Shown piece after piece: positions 10,296-29,692 of a DNA stretch of 64,000 bases. This stretch comes from Kofleriaceae bacterium (GTDB lineage Bacteria; Myxococcota_A; Polyangia; Haliangiales; Haliangiaceae). The stretch's first letter is position 1; each line of letters begins with the position of its first letter. A program made the translations under genes and the position numbers. The notes beneath the pieces were generated by a model that made no database searches, was not told the origin of the DNA, and worked only from the letters and a program-made list of their open reading frames with translations. The stretch is taken from NCBI GenBank assembly GCA_046597055.1, contig JBKJLC010000237.1:1-64000 (forward strand), given 5' to 3'.

Positions 10296-10643
10296 TCAGC
10301 GAGCGGCGCTGGCGACGACCGCCTGAAACGCCTTCGGGTCGCTGACGGCGATCTCGGCAAGCATCTTGCGGTTGATCGAGATGCCCGCCTTGTTGAGCGA
10401 GCCCATCAGCTTCGAGTAGCTCTGACCGAGCGTGCGCGACGCAGCGTTGATGCGCTGGATCCACAGGCTACGGAAGTCACGCTTGCGCTGCTTGCGCGAG
10501 CGATACATGTGCATCCAGGCGTGCTGTACCGCCTCGTTGGCAGCGGCGTGGCAGCTCGAGCGCTTACCGCGAAAGCCCTTGGCGGCTTTCAGGACGCGGT
10601 TGCGACGGCGGCGGGCCTTGAATCCTCGTTTGGCGCGGGGCAT
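10296..10643 (-). CDS. rplT: 50S ribosomal protein L20
   Basis: MPRAKRG...RKRDFRSLWIQRINAA...INRKMLAEIA. Confidence 0.97.
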   Translation of the reverse strand: MPRAKRGFKARRRRNRVLKAAKGFRGKRSSCHAAANEAVQHAWMHMYRSRKQRKRDFRSLWIQRINAASRTLGQSYSKLMGSLNKAGISINRKMLAEIAVSDPKAFQAVVASAAR

Positions 10644-10696
10644 ACGAAACCTCTGGTCGATCCGTTCGGTCGGTCGTTACGTCGGCAGCGGGGGGA

Positions 10697-10897
10697 TCAG
10701 GTGCCGTAGGGCAGCATCGCCGCGATCTGGTGATGCTGCGCTGCGCAGACGTAGTTGCTGTTACGAAGCTGACGCTTACGCTTCTTGGGACGCTTGGTGA
10801 GCAAGTGCCGGCGGAACACGCTCTGGTACTTGAACTTGCCGCTAGCGGTCTGCTTGAAGCGCTTTTTGGCGCCGGAGTGGGTCTTGACCTTGGGCAT
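10697..10897 (-). CDS. rpmI: 50S ribosomal protein L35
   Basis: MPKVKTHSGAKKRFK...HLLTKR. Confidence 0.97.
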   Translation of the reverse strand: MPKVKTHSGAKKRFKQTASGKFKYQSVFRRHLLTKRPKKRKRQLRNSNYVCAAQHHQIAAMLPYGT

Positions 10898-11051
10898 GGC
10901 TCGGGTTGCCCGAGCTAGTACCCGGGCGAGGAAGGCGGTTTATGCACGAGTCTCGCGGCGATGACAAGGCCCTCGTGCAGCATTGGCTGCCCGAGGGCGG
11001 GGATCGTCGGCGATCGGCGAGAACGATCGCTGTCCAACTACCTGAAACGGA

Positions 11052-11888
11052 CTACTTCTTATCCGGTGTCGGGGCCGCGGAGGCCGCAGGCTCCGCGGTC
11101 GCAGGCTCCGCGGTCGCAGGCGCATCGGCTTCGGCGCTGTCGCCGTCACCCTCGCCCTCGTCGCTATCATCGACGTCCGCGTTGATCGCGTCCTCGTCGA
11201 GATCGTCCTCGTCCTCGTCCTCGTCGACCTCCTCCGGCGGGCGCGCCCCCGTCGCGGCGGCAGCCTTGGCCTGCTCCTTACGAGCGAACTGGGCAGCGAT
11301 CGACTGCTTGCGGATCTCGGCCGCCTTGCGGACGACGTTCGGCTTGGGCGAGATGATCATGATCATCCGCCGGCCTTCCATGTTCGGATTGACCTCGACC
11401 GTCGCCAGGTCCGCGGTCGCTTCGACGACGCGGTTGAGGACCTTCATGCCGGTCTGAGGGTGCGTGATCTCGCGGCCGCGGAAGACGACGGCGAGCCGGA
11501 CCTTGTTGCCGCCCTCGAGGAATCGCCGGACATGCTTCACCTTGAAGTCCATGTCGTGGCCCTCGGTCTTGGGGCGGAACTTGATCTCCTTGATCTCGAC
11601 GGTCGACGCGTGCTTGCGGGCCTTCTGCTTCTGCTTGGCCTGCTCGTACTTGTACTTACCGTAGTCCATGATCCGGCACACCGGCGGGAAGGCGCGCGGC
11701 GAGATCTCGACGAGATCGAGCCCCTTCTCCTCGGCCAGCCGGATCGCCTCGTGCGTCGGGATGACGCCCAGCTGCTCCCCGCCGTCATCCATGATGACGC
11801 GAACCTCGGGGACCCGGATCCGGTGGTTGATGCGCATGCCGCTCTGGGGGCGGCGGCGGTCGTCACGACCCATCGGGCGGCCGTTCAT
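11052..11888 (-). CDS. infC: Translation initiation factor IF-3 with acidic C-terminal extension
   Basis: RINHRIRVPEVR, LDLVEISP, PPVCRIMDYGKYKY, KEIKFRP, FRGRE. Confidence 0.96.
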   Translation of the reverse strand: MNGRPMGRDDRRRPQSGMRINHRIRVPEVRVIMDDGGEQLGVIPTHEAIRLAEEKGLDLVEISPRAFPPVCRIMDYGKYKYEQAKQKQKARKHASTVEIKEIKFRPKTEGHDMDFKVKHVRRFLEGGNKVRLAVVFRGREITHPQTGMKVLNRVVEATADLATVEVNPNMEGRRMIMIISPKPNVVRKAAEIRKQSIAAQFARKEQAKAAAATGARPPEEVDEDEDEDDLDEDAINADVDDSDEGEGDGDSAEADAPATAEPATAEPAASAAPTPDKK

Positions 11889-12286
11889 GGCTGGCCTACG
11901 CTCATTCGCATGGTGATGGTGTTCATCCTCTTCGTCAGCAAGGCCCCGGTTCTACCCCAAGTTCGGGCCAGCGTGTCTAGCCCTTTGCGGAACTTGTCTG
12001 AGGTCAGGGCGATGCACGCATCCGGACCGACCCACCGGACGGGCCGATCGCGGGTCCGAGATCCCCGTCGCGACGCCGGGGCGCCTGGCGGGCCGCGGCC
12101 GAGGCGACCTGCGACCTTCGTGACGCCCGACGACGACGACTGCTCGGGCCGATCCCGTCGCCACCCGTGCACGCACGCAAACAGCCGCGCACGCCGGCCC
12201 GTCACGCACGCGATGGCAGCGATCGCCGTCGCGAGGCGCGGCCTTCAGAAGGCCGCCGCCGGGTCACCCGCGACGTCGCCGTCGCT

Positions 12287-12361
12287 TGGTTGGTGTGCAC
12301 GGGATTGAACCGTGGACCCCTACCGTGTCAAGGTAGTGCTCTGCCGCTGAGCTACACACCA
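12287..12361 (-). tRNA. tRNA-Val (anticodon GAC), CCA encoded, U1-A72 pair
   Basis: Reverse complement TGGTGTGTAGCTCAGCGGCAGAGCACTACCTTGACACGGTAGGGGTCCACGGTTCAATCCCGTGCACACCAACCA. Confidence 0.95.
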
Positions 12362-12391
12362 GAGAGCTCGCGGGGTTGCCGCGACGCCATT

Positions 12392-12420
12392 GACCTACCG
12401 GGTCGCGGCTCGGGTGTCAA
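12392..12420 (-). promoter_or_regulatory. Sigma70-type promoter for tRNA-Val
   Basis: TTGACA-17 bp-TAGGTC on the minus strand. Confidence 0.55.
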
Positions 12421-12497
12421 GAGTCTGGCGGCGCGGAGCGCAGGGATGCGCGCATAACCGTCGACCGGTTCGCGGGCACCGATGGTACAAGGGCCGG

Positions 12498-13775
12498 GTG
12501 CGGGTGCTCCGGTTCGTCAGTCGTGGCTTCTGGGTCGGCCTGCTCCTGCTGCTGCACGGGCTCATCTGGCTCGGTGGCTGGCTCGGATTGCTGATCTCGT
12601 TCCGCGGCCAGGCCGCGCGGCAAGCCTGGTTCGCCGATCGACTGGTGAAGCTGATGGTCGCGCTCGGGGCCACCTTCGTGAAGGTCGGCCAGATCATGTC
12701 GACCCGACCCGATCTGTTTCCGCCTCACGTGATCAAGGCGCTGACCCGGCTGCAGGACGACGTCGGCGCGTTCGCCTGGCACCACGTCGAGCGCACGTTC
12801 GTCGAGGAGTTCGGCCAGCCGCCGGCCGGGCTGTTCGCGACCTTCGATCGCGAGCCGGTCGCGTCGGCGTCGGTGGCCCAGGTCCACCGCGCGACGCTGC
12901 ACTCGGGCGAGGAGGTCGCGGTCAAGGTCCGCCGACCCGGGCTCGACGACATCGTGCGGTTCGACCTGGTCGTGATGCGGACGGTGGCGCGCGTGATCGC
13001 GCTGGTGCCGTCGGCGCGGCTGCTGGCCCCGGTCGAGAGCATCGACGAGTTCGGTCGCGCGATCCGCGCCCAGATCGATCTGCGGGTCGAGGCCGACAAC
13101 AACCGCCGGTTCGCCGCCAACTTCGCCGGTGATCCCGACGTGGTGTTTCCCACCATCCATCCCGAGCTGTCGAACGCGCGGATCCTCACCATGGATTTCG
13201 TGCGCGGCGCCAAGGTGCTCGACGCGCCGGCCCGGCTCGGCACCGACCCCGTGCGGCTGGCGCGCATCGGCTTCCGGACCCTGCTGAAGATGGTGTTCGC
13301 CGACGGCTTCGTGCACGCCGATCTCCATCCCGGCAACATCCTCGTCGATGCGCGCGGCAAGGTGGTCATCCTCGATCTCGGGCTGATCGCCGAGCTCGAC
13401 GAGTCCAACCGCATCGCGTTCGCGCAGTTCTTCGCCGGCTGGGCCGGCGGCGACGGCAAGGTGATGGCCAAGCTGATGTCGTCGCTGTCGCCGTCGGCCC
13501 ACGTCGCCGACTACGACGCCTACGAGCGCGAGGTGGTCGAGTTCGCCGCGCGCTACTTCGGCAAGGCGCTCGGCGAGGTCCAGGTGTCGACGGTGGCGTT
13601 CGACATGATGAACATCTTGCGCCGCCACCGGATCCGGGTGAACCCGGTCTACACGATGTGCAACGTCGCCATCGCGGTGACCGAGGGGATCGGCAAGCAG
13701 CTGGCCCCGACGCTCGATCTCATGCAGGAGGCCCTGCCCTTCTTCATGACGCTCAAGGCCACCGGCCGCCGGTAG
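12498..13775 (+). CDS. ABC1/AarF/UbiB family atypical kinase
   Basis: LGATFVKVGQIMSTRPD, ASASVAQVHRA, VAVKVRRP, HADLHPGN, LDLG. Confidence 0.92.
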   Translation: MRVLRFVSRGFWVGLLLLLHGLIWLGGWLGLLISFRGQAARQAWFADRLVKLMVALGATFVKVGQIMSTRPDLFPPHVIKALTRLQDDVGAFAWHHVERTFVEEFGQPPAGLFATFDREPVASASVAQVHRATLHSGEEVAVKVRRPGLDDIVRFDLVVMRTVARVIALVPSARLLAPVESIDEFGRAIRAQIDLRVEADNNRRFAANFAGDPDVVFPTIHPELSNARILTMDFVRGAKVLDAPARLGTDPVRLARIGFRTLLKMVFADGFVHADLHPGNILVDARGKVVILDLGLIAELDESNRIAFAQFFAGWAGGDGKVMAKLMSSLSPSAHVADYDAYEREVVEFAARYFGKALGEVQVSTVAFDMMNILRRHRIRVNPVYTMCNVAIAVTEGIGKQLAPTLDLMQEALPFFMTLKATGRR

Positions 13776-13844
13776 ACCGGCACACCGGCCTCGCGGGCAA
13801 CGCGCCGGCCGTGGCGCCGCAACTCGCTGTCGTAGGGGCCGCGC

Positions 13845-14165
13845 ATGGACCGCATCAACCTCGCGGACAAGCTCGCCCTCGTCGACGACCACTGGAACCC
13901 GCGCGTCATCGCCGAGCTCAATGGCCAGCATGTCAAGCTCGTGAAGCTGCTTGGCTCGTTCACGTGGCACCACCACGAGCACGAGCACGAGCGGTTCCTC
14001 GTCGTCACCGGCTCGCTGAACCTGGAGTTTCGCGGCCGCTCGGTCGTGATCGGCCCGGGCGAGCTGAGCGTCGTGCCACCCGCAGCGCCGCAGCGCCGAG
14101 GGGACGCGGTGGGCACCACCCGCGGGCCTCGGGGTGTGTACGATGAGCGGTGCCCCGGCTGTTGA
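13845..14165 (+). pseudogene. Cupin-domain gene, probably truncated
   Basis: N-terminus typical (LALVDDHWNPRVIAELNGQHVKLVK...FTWHHHE), but similarity ends at GELSVVP and the second cupin motif His (VEH) is missing. Confidence 0.6.
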
Positions 14166-14974
14166 TCGTGCCCGTCGTGCTCGCGCTCGCGCCCGCCGGA
14201 GCCGCGGCCGGCGTGAGCGGGTTCCGGCTGTCGGAGCTGGCGACCGCGTCGGCGACCGGGGATCCCGCCGCGCGCTACCTCGAGCTCGAGGCGACCGCCG
14301 CCGGCTGCGTGTTCCCGTCGACCGAGGTCGTCGCCTACGACAGCGCCGGCGCGGTGCTCGGCCAGGCCGCCCCGTTCGCGAGCTCGACCTGCTTCCCCGC
14401 CGGCAGGTTCCTGGTGATCGCGACCCCCGCGGCGCAGCTCGCGTTCGCGACCGCCGCCGATGCCGCGCTGGTCCCGGCCCTGCCGGCGCTCGCCGGCCAG
14501 CTGTGCCTGGTCAGCTCGACCACCCGCTACGACTGTGTGCGGTGGGGCGCCATCGCCCGGCCGGTGCACGACCTGTTCGCGCCCACCGACGACAGCGCCG
14601 GGTTCGGACCGCCGGCCGGCCTGGCGCTGGCCCGGCGGGCGGACACCGGCGTGGTGGCCGACGACTGGCGGGTCGAGACCCCGAGCCCGCGCCGCGCCAA
14701 CGACGGCGCCGGCTGGGATCAGGGCGACGCCGGGCTCGACGCCGCCACGCCCGGCGATGCAGCGCCCGCGGCCGATGCCGGGCCCCCCGTGGCGCCGGCC
14801 GATGCCGGGAACCAGGGCGACCCCGCGGTCGAGCCCTACCTCGACCTCGACCCCGGCGGCGGCGCGCGGTGCGGCTGCGGCACCGACCGGGGTCGCGGCG
14901 CGGCGCTGCCGGTGGCGCTGGTGGCGCTGATCGCTGGCCGGCGGCGCGGACGTCACCCGGGGCGCCCCGGGTGA
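14150..14974 (+). CDS. Exported protein with MYXO-CTERM-like C-terminal sorting tail
   Basis: Signal peptide; DAG-repeat linker; C-terminal GGG-x-x-CGC, hydrophobic stretch and RRR. Confidence 0.7.
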   Translation: MPRLLIVPVVLALAPAGAAAGVSGFRLSELATASATGDPAARYLELEATAAGCVFPSTEVVAYDSAGAVLGQAAPFASSTCFPAGRFLVIATPAAQLAFATAADAALVPALPALAGQLCLVSSTTRYDCVRWGAIARPVHDLFAPTDDSAGFGPPAGLALARRADTGVVADDWRVETPSPRRANDGAGWDQGDAGLDAATPGDAAPAADAGPPVAPADAGNQGDPAVEPYLDLDPGGGARCGCGTDRGRGAALPVALVALIAGRRRGRHPGRPG

Positions 14975-15137
14975 CGCGGGTGTCACGGCCCGGTCCGGTG
15001 ACCCGTGCCTCACTCCCGCTGAAGCCCGCGCGCTGGCTACGGTTGGGACAACCCAAGAGTGCCGGCCACGGTCCTACCCCGCGGCGGCCGGCCCGTGACA
15101 CAATTGTCAGGGCGGCTCCGGTTCGCCACGGAACGGC

Positions 15138-16927
<1,790 letters not shown>

Positions 16928-16940
<13 letters not shown>

Positions 16941-17833
16941 TCACGCTGCCGATCGCCGCGCTGGTGATCGCGGCCCTGGCCCCGGCCGCCCACGCGACCC
17001 CGGCCGAGGATCTCGACCGCGCCCGCGGCGCGTTCCGGCGCGGCGAGCACGCCGCCGCGATCCCGATCCTGTCGTCGCTGCTGTACCCGCGGCCGCGGCT
17101 GGCCCGGGTCGAGGATCTGGTCGAGGCCCACGTGCTGCTGGCGGCGTCGGCATTCGAGACCGGCGATCGGACCACCGCGACCCGCGAGTTCGACGAGGCG
17201 CTGTACCTGCAGGGCGACCTCACCCTCGAGCCGGTGCTGTTCTCGGCCGCGGCGGTCGAGCTGTTCGACTCGCGCAAGGACGCGATCGCCGAGCGCAACC
17301 TGCTGGAGGCCGAGAAGGCCAAGCTGGCCGCCGAGTCGGAGGCCTACCAGCGGATGCTGGCCAGCCTGGTCGTCGTCGAGAAGCGCGACTACTACGTCAA
17401 CTTCATCCCGTTCGGCGCCGGCCAGTTCCAGAACGGCCAGCGCGGCAAGGGCATCGGCTTCTTCGCCGCCCAGGGCGTCACCGGCGGGATCTCGGCCGGG
17501 ATCTGGCTGTACCTGGTCGGCTCGTACGGCGGGGTCACCGGCGGCAAGGTGCCGACCGAGGACGCCGACACCGTGCGCCTGCTCCAGCAGCTCGAGATCG
17601 GCGCCGGGGTCGCCTGCATCGGCCTGATGGCGTGGGGCGTGGTCGACTCGCTGATCTACTACCGGCCCTCGGTCGTCCGGAAGCCGGACGAGTCGGCGCT
17701 GCCACCCGAGCTGCGCAAGAAGCTCAAGCCGGCCACCGGCGCGGAGCGGCCGCGGACGCCGGCCACCACGTTGCATCTCGCTCCGACCCCGCTCCCTGGC
17801 GGCGCCGGGCTCGTTCTCGGCTGGGAGTTCTAG
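16928..17833 (+). CDS. Exported TPR-like protein
   Basis: Signal peptide, TPR-like helices, NFIPFGAGQFQNG motif, C-terminal aromatic residue (LGWEF); overlaps kinase stop. Confidence 0.75.
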
Positions 17834-17835
17834 AC

Positions 17836-19644
<1,809 letters not shown>

Positions 19645-19757
19645 TCCCCGTCGTGGCTAGACCCGCTGTACTCCCGTGACATCCATGTCCGAACCCCGCC
19701 GCGGCTCGACCGCTCGTTCGACAGTCAACCGACTGACTTTGCACGGGTATGTTCGCA

Positions 19758-19773
19758 CGGCGTGGTTCGTGCA
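19758..19773 (+). promoter_or_regulatory. Candidate sigma54 -24/-12 promoter
   Basis: CGGCGTGGTTCGTGCA (GG-N10-GC) with a TGACA-N4-TGTCC site ~70 bp upstream. Confidence 0.4.
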
Positions 19774-19786
19774 TAAGATTCGGCTC

Positions 19787-20299
19787 GTGGTCTGTCTCGC
19801 GTCGTTCGTGCCCACGGCTGTACTCGCGAGCGGCTGCGTCCTGCCGCCTTCGCTGAGCGAGGACAAGGGTGACGCGTCCGTCAACAGCCCACCGGTCGTC
19901 CGCGACGTCCGCGACGAGCTCGGCAATCCGTTCGAGCGCCCGGGGCCGCGCGACGTCGTGGTCGGGGCTGGCCGGCTGGTGATCACGGTCGCCGACACCG
20001 ACCTGCTCGACACGCTGTTCGTCCGGTACTACCTCGACTACGGCCTGGTCGCGCCGACCGCCGCCAAGATCACCTGCCCGGCCGCCCCTGGCATGTCGCC
20101 GACCCTGGAGCGGCAGGTCACCTGCTCGCTGGTCGGCGTGTGCACCGGCGTCGATCTCGCCGGCGAGCACATCCTCGAGATCGACGTCTACGACCGGCCG
20201 CCTCAGGACGACGGGGATCGCGTCTTCCGCGACGTCACCGCCCCCGGCGAGTACACGACCTGGTGGTGGAAGGTGAATTGTCTGGAGAGCAAGTCGTGA
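19787..20299 (+). CDS. Hypothetical lipoprotein
   Basis: Lipobox LASGC; start uncertain (19769-19808). Confidence 0.75.
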   Translation: MVCLASFVPTAVLASGCVLPPSLSEDKGDASVNSPPVVRDVRDELGNPFERPGPRDVVVGAGRLVITVADTDLLDTLFVRYYLDYGLVAPTAAKITCPAAPGMSPTLERQVTCSLVGVCTGVDLAGEHILEIDVYDRPPQDDGDRVFRDVTAPGEYTTWWWKVNCLESKS

Positions 20300-22077
20300 G
20301 CCGCGTCGGCAAGTTCGCGCTGGTGGCGCTCGGGCTGGTCCCGGCGTGCCTGCAGGTCGTCGACGATCCGGTCCGGATCGAGTGCGCGATGAGCAGCGAT
20401 TGCAACGTCGGCGCCGGTGAGGTGTGCGACGAGGGCGTGTGCTGGGGCGATCCGCCGGCTGGCATGTTCGCCGCGGTGCTCGGTCCGCCGACCTCTTCGC
20501 AGCCGGTGGCCGCTGCCACCGAGATCCCGCTGCTCGGGTTCGCGCCTGACGGCTGGTTCAGCGACGTCCGGACCGGCGTGCTGACCCTGGCCTCGACGGT
20601 CCGGGTGTCGGGCCGGGTCCGGGCCGCGTGCCCGCCGGCGCTGGCCAGCTGCAGCGGCTTCCTCACGCTCGGCGCCCAGGTCCGATGGAGCCGGCCGTCG
20701 GCGCTGCCGGGCGCGGCGCGGGTCACGGTCCCGGTCGCGTCGACCGGCGATGGCTTCGAGCTGTTCCTGCCCCGCCCCGACGCGCCCACGACCTATACGG
20801 TCGCGATCGTGCCGTCGACCGACCCGCTCGGGCCCGGGCTGCCGGCACCCGCGCAGTTCTTCCCGCCGCAGCGGTTCCAGGTCACGATCAACCCGGCCGA
20901 TGCCGAGGTCGGCGTGACCCGCGACTTCGAGCTCGGCGCCACCACGCGGACGATCAACGGCCGCATCGCCCGCGCCGGGGTCCAGGTCGCGGGCTGGCGG
21001 GTGCGCGCCGAGGTCGCCGATGGTGAGGTGCTCGGCGCGTTCGTGCTCGCCTCGAACATCACGCCGACCACGGCCACCGGCGAGTTCGTCCTGACCCTCC
21101 CCGAGGGCCCGACCGTGGTCGACATCGTGGTCGAGCCACCGCTGCCCGCCAACCGCAGCGACGCCGCGCTGCCGTCGCTGCGCATCCGCGATCACGTGGT
21201 GAGCTCCAGCCTCGCGCCGATCGACCTGCCGACCATCGATCGCGTGGTGTCGGTGCCGGTCGTGGTGGTTGGCACCACCAGCAACGGCGACCCGGTCGAC
21301 GTGGCCGCCGCGATCGTGAGCGCCCGGCTCGACCAGGAGCTCAGCCCCGGGGTGTTCCTCCGCTACGAGGCGACCACGACCACCACCCGCGGGGTCGGAT
21401 CGCTGCCGCTGTACCTCGGCAGCGGCGTGCTGCCCCTGCGCTACAAGCTCGACGTGCTGCCCGGCCCCAGCGCCGAGCTGGCGTCGGTCTACGGCGTCGA
21501 GCTGGCGCTCGAGGACCGGGTGCAGGCACCGCCGCCGATCTTGCTGCCGCGGCGGGTCGCGATGGTCGGCCAGCTGCTCGACGAGCAGGGCTTTCCGCTC
21601 GCCGACACCACCGTGAGCGCGAGCGTCTCGAGCGCGTCGCTGTGCAAGCTGTCGTCGGAGGGGCTGCGGGCGGCCAAGGCGCTGGCGCCCAGCCAGGACA
21701 CCACCAACGCTCGTGGCGAGTTCACCCTGTGGCTCGACCCCGACCTGGCCGGCACCGCGCTGACCTACGACATCGCCGTGGAGCCGTCGATCGGCACCTG
21801 GGCGCCGCGGTGGACGTTCGTCGACCGCCCGGTCGATGACGCCGGGGTCTCGCTGTGGCTGCCGCCCGCCGCCCATGTCCGGGCCGAGGTCCTCGCGCCG
21901 GGGCAGATCCTGGTGCCGGACACGCTGGTGTCGATCTACGAGCGAACCGCAGAGGCGCCGCCCTGCCAGCTCGCCGTCGGCGGCACCGTCGCGGGGGGCC
22001 TGGAGCTGCGCGCGATCGGCGTGAGCGACGATCAGGGGATCGTCCGGCTGATCCTCCCCCGCTTCGTCGCGCCGTAG
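20296..22077 (+). CDS. Hypothetical lipoprotein with Cys-rich N-terminus and beta-sandwich repeats
   Basis: VPAC lipobox-like; C-x4-C-x6-C-x4-C motif; repeated T-x3-GEF-x-L units; 4-nt overlap with the upstream gene. Confidence 0.75.
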   Translation: MSRVGKFALVALGLVPACLQVVDDPVRIECAMSSDCNVGAGEVCDEGVCWGDPPAGMFAAVLGPPTSSQPVAAATEIPLLGFAPDGWFSDVRTGVLTLASTVRVSGRVRAACPPALASCSGFLTLGAQVRWSRPSALPGAARVTVPVASTGDGFELFLPRPDAPTTYTVAIVPSTDPLGPGLPAPAQFFPPQRFQVTINPADAEVGVTRDFELGATTRTINGRIARAGVQVAGWRVRAEVADGEVLGAFVLASNITPTTATGEFVLTLPEGPTVVDIVVEPPLPANRSDAALPSLRIRDHVVSSSLAPIDLPTIDRVVSVPVVVVGTTSNGDPVDVAAAIVSARLDQELSPGVFLRYEATTTTTRGVGSLPLYLGSGVLPLRYKLDVLPGPSAELASVYGVELALEDRVQAPPPILLPRRVAMVGQLLDEQGFPLADTTVSASVSSASLCKLSSEGLRAAKALAPSQDTTNARGEFTLWLDPDLAGTALTYDIAVEPSIGTWAPRWTFVDRPVDDAGVSLWLPPAAHVRAEVLAPGQILVPDTLVSIYERTAEAPPCQLAVGGTVAGGLELRAIGVSDDQGIVRLILPRFVAP

Positions 22078-22120
22078 CGGCTCCCATACGCGACGCACAC
22101 TTAGCTGCCGGAGTCGACCC

Positions 22121-22149
22121 TTGACCCGCCGGGGTGGGCCGTCTATGGT
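22121..22149 (+). promoter_or_regulatory. Sigma70-type promoter for the DEAD-box helicase, implying a ~360-nt leader
   Basis: TTGACC-17 bp-TATGGT. Confidence 0.55.
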
Positions 22150-22517
22150 TCGGCCTCCTGCAGGACCGACGTGGACGTCCACTCCCATTCATTGCATCGC
22201 TCCGGACCTGATTCCTTGGACGTTACGTCGTCGCGATCGCTGTCGTGCAGCGCCCAGCCTGTGGCGCATACGCACGCGATCCCTGCTCCCGGTGGCCGAC
22301 ATCCCGGCCGCTGTCACCCCGTCCGTCGCCGCGCAGCTCGCGTGACGGCCTCGCCACACCACGTAGATGGGCACGCGCCCGTCGGGGACGCTCGATGCGA
22401 GCGCCTCACCAAGCATCACGTGGATCGACGCGCCGATGGCGTCGTGGCCCAGGCCCTCATCCGGGATGCCGCAGGTCGCGCCTGCGCGCTTCGGACCTCG
22501 CTCTCGCTGGAATTGAA

Positions 22518-26387
<3,870 letters not shown>

Positions 26388-26563
26388 CCGGCCACCGCTC
26401 GACGTCCCCACCGCCCGCGTCGGACGAACCGACGCGGGCGGTTCCGCGTCCGGACCGCGGGCGATCTGCCTCCCAGGTGCGTGGCGTCGGTCAAACCTGA
26501 CAGCGTGCTGACAGGTTTGGCCGACCGGCCCCGGGCCAGGCCCGGCCCACGCGTTCGGTCAGC

Positions 26564-26592
26564 TTGACGACTGAACGCCCGTTCCGTAGCCT
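26564..26592 (+). promoter_or_regulatory. uvrA promoter with LexA-like SOS box in the spacer
   Basis: TTGACG-17 bp-TAGCCT; the spacer holds CTGAACGCCCGTTCCG (26571-26586). Confidence 0.7.
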
Positions 26593-26603
26593 TCCCACGC
26601 CCC

Positions 26604-29543
<2,940 letters not shown>

Positions 29544-29557
29544 CGCCCGACCAGGCT

Positions 29558-29612
29558 GTCCGGGCCCCGGACGCCATGTCCGACTGGCGGACACGATGGC
29601 CGGGGCCGGGAC
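29558..29612. repeat. GTCCG-N5-CGGAC palindromes, two perfect and one degenerate, 20-bp period
   Basis: GTCCGGGCCCCGGAC at 29558, GTCCGACTGGCGGAC at 29578, GGCCGGGGCCGGGAC at 29598. Confidence 0.85.
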
Positions 29613-29692
29613 ACTGGGACGATCGGTCCGCGGAGTTGCGCCTGGCCCGTCCTGTGCTTTCGGCTGGGGGGTGGAGTGCTACCATGCTGACC

